From NCBI GenBank assembly GCA_947453695.1, contig CANGHW010000005.1:43091-107090 (forward strand): 64,000 bases of DNA. The letters run 5' to 3'. Shown one piece after another: positions 56,521-64,000 of the stretch. The stretch is from Opitutia bacterium. GTDB taxonomy: Bacteria > Verrucomicrobiota > Verrucomicrobiia > Opitutales > Opitutaceae. Both the position numbers and the translations under genes were made by a program. The notes below the pieces were generated by a model that ran no database searches, had not been told where the DNA came from, and saw only the letters and a program-made list of their open reading frames with translations. Position 1 is the stretch's first letter. Each line of letters starts with the position of its first letter.

Positions 56521-59500
56521 CTATTTCTTCTTCGACCAGCGGCGGTCCTGCTTCAGCTCCAAGTGTCGAGTTTCGATTTGCACGCCGGCGACGGCCGGGT
56601 GGGAGCGGAGTTGCTGGAAACTACCGGCGTTGACCTTCCAGGTGAGAGCATTGCTCGCTTCCGCAATGGAGGTGACGCGGTCCTCGAAGACGAAGCCGAG
56701 CTCCACGCGGGTGTCACCGGTTTGCTTGTTTAGGGTTTCGCGCAGGAGGCGCAGGAAGGCGGGGAGCTCGCGGTGCGTGGGGTGGAGGAGCCAAAGGACT
56801 TTTTTGACGATGCCGGCGATCTGGGTGTCGAGCGGATAGCACTCTTTCACGTTCACGCGCGCGCCCTCGTGATTGACGATGATGTTGCCAGCGACGAGCA
56901 CGAGGGCGTTTTCCCCGAGGGCGGTGCCGTAGTTGGCATAGCCATCGGCAAACATGTTGAGCGGGAGGGCGGCTTGCTTCGTCGCGAGAGTAAACGAGGC
57001 CCAAGGGCGGTTGTCCTTTTTCGAGAGACGTTTCGCGATGCTGCCGGCGATGCCGCAGAGGCGGAATTCGGTGCGGTCGACCTGATTTAGGAGCTCGGTG
57101 ACGGGGTAGGTGTTGATGGCGTCGATCAGACCTTCGTAAGCGTTGAGCGGATGGCCGGAGACATAGAAGCCGAGGAGCTCTTTTTCGAATTGGAGGATAT
57201 TGGCGGCGGTGAGCTTCCGTTCAACGGCGGCCGTGGCAGCGGCTTTGCCCTTGGCGGCGGCGCGCGGCGATTCACCGAGGTCGAGGCCGCCGTGGTCATC
57301 GGCGCGGGGCGCGGCCGCGGCGACGGGTGCGGTGGTCGGGGCGCGGCGGGTGTGGCGCAGGAGCTCGTTAAACTCTTTCGCGAGTTGCTCGCGCGGCGGG
57401 AGGGGCTGCGCGGCCGAGGTGGAGCCGAGATCGAAGAGCATGGTGTCGGCCGGCTCTTCCACTTTGGCGACGACGGCGTCTTTGCGCAGGGCAGGATAGG
57501 TGCGCTGGAGCTCGCCGAGGGCGGAGATGGCGTCGTCGATCTGCGCGAAGAGCTGTTCGCGTCCGGCGCCGCTGAAATCGAAGCCGCCGGTGGCGACGAG
57601 ATTCTCGAGGACGCGCTTGTTGATGGCGCGCGGGTCGGCGCGGATGAGGAAATCGGTGTAGTCGCGGTAGGGGCCATTGGCCTCGCGCTCGGCGAGGATC
57701 TTTTGCGCGGCCTGTTCGCCGACGCCCTTGATGCCGGCGAGACCGAAACGGATTTTGTCGCCAACGGGAGTGAAGGTCCCGCGGGACTCGTTTACATCGG
57801 GACCGAGGACGACGATTCCCATGGCTTCGGCTTCGGCGATGAAGTGCGAGACCTTTTCCGAGTTGCCGAGTTCGGCGGTGAGCACGGCGGCCATGAACTG
57901 CACCGGGTAGTTGGCCTTGAGGTAGCCGGTCTGGTAGCTGATGAGCGCGTAGGCAGCCGAGTGGGATTTGTTGAAGCCGTAGCTCGCGAACTTGTTCAGC
58001 AAATCGAAGATCTCGTTGGCCTTCTTTTCGTCGATGTTGTTCACGCGCTTGGCGCCGGCGACGAATTTGACGCGCTCCTCGGCCATCGCCTTTTCGTCCT
58101 TCTTACCCATGGCGCGGCGGAGCATGTCGGCGCCGCCGAGGGAGTAGCCGGCGATGATCTTCGCGCACTCCATGACCTGCTCCTGATAGACGATGATGCC
58201 GTAGGTCTCCTTGAGGGATTGTTCGAGGAGCGGGTGCGGATACTCGACGGTCGACGGGTCTTTCTTGCCGCGTGCGTAATCGGGGATGAAGGCCATCGGG
58301 CCCGGGCGGTAGAGCGCGCCGATGGCGTTGATGTCGTCGATATTGGAGACGCCGACTTGTTTACAGGCGCTCTGCATGCCGGAGGACTCGAGCTGGAACA
58401 CGCCGATGGTCTTGCCGGCGTTGAGGATCGAGTAGGTCTTCGGGTCGTCGAGCGGGAGGGTCTCGATGTCAAATTTCGGGTCGGCCGTGAGGCGGACGTT
58501 GTCCACGGCATCGGAGATGACGGTGAGCGTCTTGAGGCCGAGGAAGTCCATCTTCAGCAGGCCGAGTTTGCCCACTGCGTTCATGTCGTATTGGACGGTG
58601 ACGTCGCCTTCCTGCTCGGTGAGCGGGACGAATTCATCGAGCGGCTTGTCCGTGATGATGATGCCGGCGGCGTGTTTGCCCGTGTTGCGCACCATGCCCT
58701 CAAGGACGAGGGCCTGGTCGACAATGCGCTTGGCGACCGGATTGCGGGAGACCTCGCTGTTGAGTTCGGCGGACTTGGTGATCGCGTCGGTGAGCGTGAT
58801 GTTGAGCTCGTCGGGGATCATCTTCGCGAGGCGGTCGGCCTCGGCGTAGGGGAGATTGTGGACGCGCGAGACGTCGCGGATGACCATCTTCGCACCGAGC
58901 GTGCCGTAGGTGATGATGTTGGCTACGCAGTCGCGGCCGTATTTCTCGCGCACGTAGTTGATGACCTCTTCGCGCCGGCGCATGCAGAAATCGATATCGA
59001 AGTCGGGCGGCGAGACGCGCTCGGGGTTCAGGAAGCGCTCGAAGAGGAGTTTGAAACGGATCGGGTCGAGGTTGGTGATCCCGAGGAGATAGGCGACGAG
59101 GCAACCGGCGCCGGAGCCACGGCCGGGGCCGACGGGGACGCCGTTTTTCTTGGCCCACGCGATGAAATCCCAGACGACGAGGAAGTAGTCGACGAAGCCG
59201 GTGATGTTGATGATCGCCAGCTCGAAGCCCATGCGGGCGGCGAGTTCCTCTTCGAGCACGAGGCCGTTGTAGTCGGGCGCGGAGGGTTTCTGGCCGGGCG
59301 GGAGATTGGTGAGCTTGGAGAGGCGCTCGATCACGGCGGGGCGCTGCGTGATGACGCTGTAGTCGAAGCCGTAACGCTGCTTGAGACCCTCGACACAGAG
59401 CTGGTGGAGATAGGCCGCGGGCGAGTATTGCGTCTTGATCTCGGGCGGGAGCGGGTAGCGGGGATAGCGCTCTGAGCCCTTGGGGAACGGGATCGCGAGG

Positions 59501-60339
59501 TCGCACATCTCGGCGACGAGCTGGGTGTTGGTGACGGACTCGGGCACCTCGGCGAAGAGCTTCGCCATCTCATCGCGCGATTTCAGGTAGAACTCCTGGC
59601 CGGAGAACTTCATGCGCTTCTCTTCATCGATCTTCGCGCCGGTCTGGATGCAGAGCATGGCGTCGTGCGGGCCGGAGTCGGTCTTTTTGACGTAGTGCAC
59701 GTCGTTCGTCGCGATGACCTTCAGGTCGAATTCCTCGGCTAGTTTCAGGAGACCGGGGATAATCTTGATCTGCTCGGGGATGCCGTGGTCCTGGATTTCG
59801 ACGAAGTAGTTTTCTTTACCGAAGATCTCGACGAAGCGCGCGCAGGCCTTGCGGGCTTCATCCTCGCGGTCGTGGAGGAGGTGCTGCGGGACGAGGGAGG
59901 CGAGGCAGCCGGTGAAGCCGATGAGACCGTTGGCGTATTTGGCGAGCGTCTCGATGTCGGTGCGGGGCTTGTAATAGAAGCCGCGGAGATGGGCGTCGGA
60001 GACGAGTTTGAGGAGATTTTGGTAGCCGGTGAGATTCTTGGCGAGGAGTCCGAGGTGGAACATCGTTTTGCCGTCCTCGTCCGAGCGCCCGTGCTTTTCG
60101 AGGCGCGAGGATTGGACGAGGTAGAGCTCGCAGCCGATGAGAGGCTTGATCTCGGCCTTCTTGGCTTGGTTGTAGAACTCGATGGCGCCGTAGAGATTGC
60201 CGTGGTCGGTGAGGGCGATGGCCTTCATGCCGAGCTCCTTGGCCCGGCCCATCAACCGGTCGATGCGGCAGGCGCCGTCGAGCAGACTGTAGTCGGTATG
60301 AACGTGGAGGTGGACGAAGTTTTGATCGGCGGACGACAC
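56521..60339 (-). CDS. dnaE: DNA polymerase III alpha subunit
   Basis: The protein is 1272 aa with a GTG start. It has the PHP motif [15 protein letters not shown], and the polymerase core blocks [19 protein letters not shown] and [11 protein letters not shown] low-complexity A/P-rich insert sits before the OB fold. Confidence 0.96.
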   Translation of the reverse strand: MSSADQNFVHLHVHTDYSLLDGACRIDRLMGRAKELGMKAIALTDHGNLYGAIEFYNQAKKAEIKPLIGCELYLVQSSRLEKHGRSDEDGKTMFHLGLLAKNLTGYQNLLKLVSDAHLRGFYYKPRTDIETLAKYANGLIGFTGCLASLVPQHLLHDREDEARKACARFVEIFGKENYFVEIQDHGIPEQIKIIPGLLKLAEEFDLKVIATNDVHYVKKTDSGPHDAMLCIQTGAKIDEEKRMKFSGQEFYLKSRDEMAKLFAEVPESVTNTQLVAEMCDLAIPFPKGSERYPRYPLPPEIKTQYSPAAYLHQLCVEGLKQRYGFDYSVITQRPAVIERLSKLTNLPPGQKPSAPDYNGLVLEEELAARMGFELAIINITGFVDYFLVVWDFIAWAKKNGVPVGPGRGSGAGCLVAYLLGITNLDPIRFKLLFERFLNPERVSPPDFDIDFCMRRREEVINYVREKYGRDCVANIITYGTLGAKMVIRDVSRVHNLPYAEADRLAKMIPDELNITLTDAITKSAELNSEVSRNPVAKRIVDQALVLEGMVRNTGKHAAGIIITDKPLDEFVPLTEQEGDVTVQYDMNAVGKLGLLKMDFLGLKTLTVISDAVDNVRLTADPKFDIETLPLDDPKTYSILNAGKTIGVFQLESSGMQSACKQVGVSNIDDINAIGALYRPGPMAFIPDYARGKKDPSTVEYPHPLLEQSLKETYGIIVYQEQVMECAKIIAGYSLGGADMLRRAMGKKDEKAMAEERVKFVAGAKRVNNIDEKKANEIFDLLNKFASYGFNKSHSAAYALISYQTGYLKANYPVQFMAAVLTAELGNSEKVSHFIAEAEAMGIVVLGPDVNESRGTFTPVGDKIRFGLAGIKGVGEQAAQKILAEREANGPYRDYTDFLIRADPRAINKRVLENLVATGGFDFSGAGREQLFAQIDDAISALGELQRTYPALRKDAVVAKVEEPADTMLFDLGSTSAAQPLPPREQLAKEFNELLRHTRRAPTTAPVAAAAPRADDHGGLDLGESPRAAAKGKAAATAAVERKLTAANILQFEKELLGFYVSGHPLNAYEGLIDAINTYPVTELLNQVDRTEFRLCGIAGSIAKRLSKKDNRPWASFTLATKQAALPLNMFADGYANYGTALGENALVLVAGNIIVNHEGARVNVKECYPLDTQIAGIVKKVLWLLHPTHRELPAFLRLLRETLNKQTGDTRVELGFVFEDRVTSIAEASNALTWKVNAGSFQQLRSHPAVAGVQIETRHLELKQDRRWSKKK

Positions 60340-60457
60340 AGTAGGCCCTAAGCAACGTCTTCACCGGGCCGGCGCAAGGAGGGAAAAAAGCCATTGACGC
60401 GCGCCGCGCGGCTTGGCCTATTCGTCAGCTTTTCCTTTCACCAACACGTCCGTTCCC

Positions 60458-60655
60458 ATGTCCATCGAAATCAAAATCCGCAAAAACGAGCCGATCGACC
60501 GCGCCCTGCGTCGCATGAAGAAGAAGCTCGATCGCGAGAACATCATCAAGGGCACTCGCGCCAAGCGTTACTACGAGAAGCCCTGCGAAAAGCGCCGCCG
60601 TAAGGACAAGGTGCAGGCATTCACCCAGATGCTCCGCCGCCGTTACGCGGAGTAA
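60458..60655 (+). CDS. rpsU: 30S ribosomal protein S21
   Basis: This is ORF 60413..60655 trimmed to the ATG at 60458 (MSIEIKIRKNEPIDRALRRMKKKLDRENIIKGTRAKRYYEKP). Confidence 0.93.
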   Translation: MSIEIKIRKNEPIDRALRRMKKKLDRENIIKGTRAKRYYEKPCEKRRRKDKVQAFTQMLRRRYAE

Positions 60656-60693
60656 GCTCCGAGCGTGGCCCCTCTAGGCCGCGTATCAATTTG

Positions 60694-60729
60694 CCGCGCT
60701 ACCTTTTATTAGGTAGCGCGGTTTTTTTT
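60694..60729 (+). terminator. Rho-independent terminator after rpsU
   Basis: An 11-bp perfect stem CCGCGCTACCT / AGGTAGCGCGG with loop TTTATT, followed by T8 (60722-60729). Confidence 0.8.
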
Positions 60730-60791
60730 ATTACGTAGTTTTTTCCCGTGCAACTCGCTTACGTTGTGCATCGTCATTTGGTTACAACTGC

Positions 60792-61733
60792 GTGAAGCCA
60801 ATTCTCTCCCTCTCAACGAGCTGGTGCTCCCATCGTCATCAGGACGGCTATGCGATGCTCAAGGAAATGGCGGCGCTCGGCTATGAGTATGTAGAGTTGA
60901 GCCACGGCATTCGGATTACCTTGGTGCCGGGCATTATGCGGGGAGTGGATGAGGGGATCGTGAAAGTCTCGTCGACCCATAATTTCTGTCCCTTGCCCAC
61001 GGGCGTGGTGCAGGCGGCGCCCAATTTGTTTGAGCCCTCGGCGCGGGAGCACCGGGAACACGATCAGTGGCTGCGCCACACGAAGCGTTCGATCGATTTT
61101 GCCGCGCAAGTGAAGGCCAAGGTCCTCGTCTGTCACCTGGGTAGCGTGGCGTTTTTTTGGTTCAACCCGGCGCGAACCATCAAGGACTACCTGCGGGACC
61201 ACCACGACGCGGGGCGCACGCCGGAAGATAAAACCTATCACGCCCTGCTCGCCAAATGCATGGTGCGCCTCCGGAAACGCATGCCTCCCTTCTGGGAGCA
61301 GGTGAAGACGAGCGTCGCGGAGATTTTCGACTACGCGACCCAGAAGGGCATCAAGCTTGGCTTCGAGAACCGCGAGAAGTTTGAAGAGCTCCCGGTCGAT
61401 GCCGATTACGCCGAGTTCATCGCCGGTCTGCCGGCCAACGCCCCGGCGGGTTACTGGCACGATACCGGTCATGCCGACATCAAAGAGGGCATGGGCCTCC
61501 TTAATCACCGCCAGCATCTGGTCAAAAACGCCCCGCGGCTCCTCGGCTTTCACCTGCACGATGTGAATGCGCAGGGCAGCGATCACCAACCGATCGGCGC
61601 CGGCCACATTGATTTCAAGATGGTCAGTGAATTTTGGCGCCCGGAACACCTGCTGACCCTGGAGCTGAGCCCGCGAATTTCGGTCGACGATGTGAAGGCC
61701 TCCAAGATCCGCGTCGAAGCGCTGATGCGCTGA
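60792..61733 (+). CDS. Sugar phosphate isomerase/epimerase (xylose-isomerase-like TIM barrel)
   Basis: The 313-aa protein has a GTG start. It has GYEYVELSHG, VCHLGS, LGFENRE and HLHDV blocks, which are typical of AP endonuclease 2 / TIM-barrel family proteins. Confidence 0.8.
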   Translation: MKPILSLSTSWCSHRHQDGYAMLKEMAALGYEYVELSHGIRITLVPGIMRGVDEGIVKVSSTHNFCPLPTGVVQAAPNLFEPSAREHREHDQWLRHTKRSIDFAAQVKAKVLVCHLGSVAFFWFNPARTIKDYLRDHHDAGRTPEDKTYHALLAKCMVRLRKRMPPFWEQVKTSVAEIFDYATQKGIKLGFENREKFEELPVDADYAEFIAGLPANAPAGYWHDTGHADIKEGMGLLNHRQHLVKNAPRLLGFHLHDVNAQGSDHQPIGAGHIDFKMVSEFWRPEHLLTLELSPRISVDDVKASKIRVEALMR

Positions 61734-61750
61734 GGCGGTGAAGCAGACCA

Positions 61751-61772
61751 GGGCTCCGTCTTGGCGGAGCCC
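61751..61772. terminator. Hairpin between the convergent TIM-barrel gene and mutY (possible bidirectional terminator)
   Basis: GGGCTCCG-TCTTGG-CGGAGCCC forms an 8-bp perfect stem with no U-tract. It abuts the mutY stop. Confidence 0.35.
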
Positions 61773-61773
61773 G

Positions 61774-62817
61774 TCAGGCGTCGCGCGCGAGGATCTCCGC
61801 CACCCAGCGCCGGTGGGGACCGGACAGCGTGATGGTCTCAAGCTGGTTGAGGGGGACCCACACCAACTCCGGCGGCAGTTTGCCCCGCGGCGCGAGCGTG
61901 GCGTAGATGGATTCGGTGATTTGAAAACGGGTGATGCCGCGGCGCTTCTTCGCCAGCAAGCGGCCCGGGTTCGCCACGTCGGTCGCGAGGCCGGCTTGCT
62001 CGACCGTCGGGAGTTCATGGATGTCGGCGAGGCGGCGGGCTCCGGCGGCGGAGCGGTGCAGCAGGAGACGGTCATCTTTGATGCACCAAACCCGGTTCAC
62101 GGACCGTTGCTCGATTTGCTTGGGGGCGAGGCGAGGGAAGGACTCGGGCTCACCCTGGGTAGCCGCGGCGCAATACGCGCGCACCGGGCACGTCAGGCAG
62201 AGTGGTTTCTGGCGGAAGCACACCGTCGCGCCCAGCTCCATCATGGCTTGATTGTGATTGCCCGGCTCATCCCGGGTTAAGAGCGCTTCGGCGAGCGGCG
62301 TGAAAACCTTGGAGGCCGTGGCGCTGTCGCGAAACTCCGTCGCATCCGCGGTGAGCCGGGCGAGGATGCGCACGACATTGCCGTCCACGCAGGCCGCCGG
62401 GGTGCCAAAGGAAATACTCGTGATCGCCGCGGACGTATATGGGCCCACACCCGGCAGCTCCCGCCAGGCCTCGGCCGAGCGGCGCATTTCCGGCCAGGTG
62501 ACGACCTGTTGGGCCAGGCGGTGGAGATTGCGCGCCCGGGAGTAGTAGCCGAGGCCCTCCCAGAGCTTCAGCACGCGGGCTTCCGGTGCCTTGGCCAGCG
62601 CGGCGAAATCCGGTAGCTCGACCAGCCAGCGGGCGAGGTAGGGCAGGACCGTCTTTACCTGCGTCTGCTGCAGCATGAACTCACTGACCACGGTCTGGTA
62701 AAGTGACGGGTGCTCGCGCCAGGGCAGTTTCCGGGCATGCACGTGATACCACGCAAGCAGGGCGCGTTGAAATTCAGACCGGGCCGCGATGAGTTGGGCG
62801 GAAGCAGATTTGGGCAC
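61774..62817 (-). CDS. mutY: A/G-specific adenine DNA glycosylase
   Basis: It has LLAWYHVHARKLPWR, an HhH-GPD region (LPGVGPYTSAAI), a 4Fe-4S cluster loop (CFRQKPLCLTCPVRAYC) and a C-terminal NUDIX-like domain. The start is GTG. Confidence 0.92.
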   Translation of the reverse strand: MPKSASAQLIAARSEFQRALLAWYHVHARKLPWREHPSLYQTVVSEFMLQQTQVKTVLPYLARWLVELPDFAALAKAPEARVLKLWEGLGYYSRARNLHRLAQQVVTWPEMRRSAEAWRELPGVGPYTSAAITSISFGTPAACVDGNVVRILARLTADATEFRDSATASKVFTPLAEALLTRDEPGNHNQAMMELGATVCFRQKPLCLTCPVRAYCAAATQGEPESFPRLAPKQIEQRSVNRVWCIKDDRLLLHRSAAGARRLADIHELPTVEQAGLATDVANPGRLLAKKRRGITRFQITESIYATLAPRGKLPPELVWVPLNQLETITLSGPHRRWVAEILARDA

Positions 62818-62910
62818 GTGGAAGCAGCAGGAGACACAAAAACGGCCGAAGCTAAAGTCTCCGCTGGAATTTTCGTGTGTTGGGGCGGCGTTTTATGGCC
62901 ATCTAGGTCC

Positions 62911-63918
62911 ATGCCAAAGAAGTTCAACGACGAGCCGGAAGCACCCAAGAAGCTCGCCTCCTACACCGCGAAGCTCGACGACGCGCAGATGGAGAAGCTG
63001 CGGGCGATCTGCGTCGAACGCGGGTGGACGCCCTTCGAGGTCGCCTACACGCGCTTTGCGTTCAAAGCCGACCACCTGAAGGTCAACGTCTCGGCTTACA
63101 CGAGCGGCAAGGCCGTGATCGCGGGCAAAGGCACGGAGGATTTCGTGCGCGACACCTTGGAGCCGGAAGTCATCGGCGCCGCGACCCTGGGCTACGACGA
63201 AGTGTTGCACCCCGACTGGTTTGAATCGCACGCCGGGCTGGATGAGAGCGGCAAAGGCGATTTCTTCGGCCCGGTGATTGCCGCCACGGTGATCGCGGAC
63301 AAGTCCGCCATCGAGGCCTGGCGTCAGGCCGGCGTGCAGGACTCCAAGAAGATCGCGGAGGCCAAGATCCTCCAACTCGACAAACTCATCCGGGAAACGA
63401 AAGGGGCGGCCGTGCGCACCTGTTTCTGCGGCATGCCGAAATACAACGACCTGATGTCCCGCCCCGGGGCGAATCTGAATCGCCTGCTCGCCTGGCAGCA
63501 CGCCACGGCGCTGGAGCAGGCGCTGGTGGCCAAGCCGGTGCCGTGGGGACTGCTCGACCAGTTTACCGAGCAGCCGCTCGTGCAGCGGGAACTCGCCAAG
63601 AAAGGCGTAAAAGACTTCGAGTTGAAGATGCGCACGAAGGCCGAGTCCGACCCGGTGGTCGCCGCCGCCTCGGTGGTGGCCCGCGCGGAGTTTGTGCGGC
63701 AGATGAATCTACTCTCGAAGAAGTTTGGGGCCAAGCTGCAGAAAGGCGCGGGACCGCTCGTCAAAGAGCAGGCACACCAGATCATTCAGCAGTTTGGCGC
63801 GCGGGCGCTCGGGGAGTTTGCGAAGCTCCACTTCCGCACCGCCTACGAAGTCGTGTCCGCCGCGGGGAAGCTCGACGAGCTGCCTTTGCCGGAGCCTCGG
63901 GAAAAAATGGAGTGGTGA
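62911..63918 (+). CDS. rnhC: Ribonuclease HIII
   Basis: This is ORF 62710..63918 trimmed to the ATG at 62911 (MPKKFNDEPE). It has an N-terminal TBP-like domain (VNVSAYTSGKAVIAGKG) and an RNase HII-fold core (GLDESGKGDFFGPV, DSKK). Confidence 0.88.
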   Translation: MPKKFNDEPEAPKKLASYTAKLDDAQMEKLRAICVERGWTPFEVAYTRFAFKADHLKVNVSAYTSGKAVIAGKGTEDFVRDTLEPEVIGAATLGYDEVLHPDWFESHAGLDESGKGDFFGPVIAATVIADKSAIEAWRQAGVQDSKKIAEAKILQLDKLIRETKGAAVRTCFCGMPKYNDLMSRPGANLNRLLAWQHATALEQALVAKPVPWGLLDQFTEQPLVQRELAKKGVKDFELKMRTKAESDPVVAAASVVARAEFVRQMNLLSKKFGAKLQKGAGPLVKEQAHQIIQQFGARALGEFAKLHFRTAYEVVSAAGKLDELPLPEPREKMEW

Positions 63919-64000
63919 GTCCGTTGCCGGTGGCACGGCAATGGGTCTCCAGCATCCCGGCGCCACCCGACCTCGTCACCACCCTACCTTGAGGGGCTCT

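Noticed and set aside
57151-59475. 774-aa ORF on the plus strand
   Set aside because: It is antisense to dnaE. It has an E/G/A/D/V-rich low-information translation and no recognisable domain.

Overview
This is a high-G+C bacterial chromosomal window that is densely coding on both strands. The gene content points to Verrucomicrobiota, probably an Opitutales-like organism, but that is inference only. The supporting genes are two DUF1592/DUF1552 pairs, a PmoA-like DUF6807 protein, an Opitutaceae-style TonB receptor and RNase HIII. I could not run any search.

Housekeeping genes recognised from their translations are thrS, cysS, lysS, hemB, hemA with a ccsA/hemX-like gene, mqo, lipB-lipA, a lolC/E-like permease with lolD, lpxB, dnaE, rpsU, mutY and rnhC. 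Accessory genes lie between them.

I saw no rRNA, tRNA, CRISPR array, transposase or integrase.

The regions most worth a second look are:
1. A MamK-family actin gene with a small upstream partner and no magnetosome context (32.0-33.7 kb).
2. A visibly lower-G+C four-gene island (23.4-27.1 kb) carrying SUFU-like and YfbM/DUF1877-like genes, which resemble polymorphic-toxin immunity proteins, plus two unknowns. No toxin gene is present.
3. A roughly 800-nt divergent intergenic region holding a polypurine tract and 13 perfect-register 21-bp tandem repeats (21.7-22.1 kb).
4. Two paralogous DUF1592 (double CxxCH) / DUF1552 pairs in opposite internal order (13.6-21.6 kb).
5. A YndJ-like membrane gene coupled by an ATGA overlap to a much lower-G+C methyltransferase gene.
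6. A small membrane protein ending in a CxxC...H...CPxC module.
7. A two-copy hairpin motif with compensatory stem changes.

Family assignments rest on motif recognition by eye. G+C statements are visual estimates, not computed. Start codons were refined by hand against the ORF track, which also uses GTG and other alternative starts.
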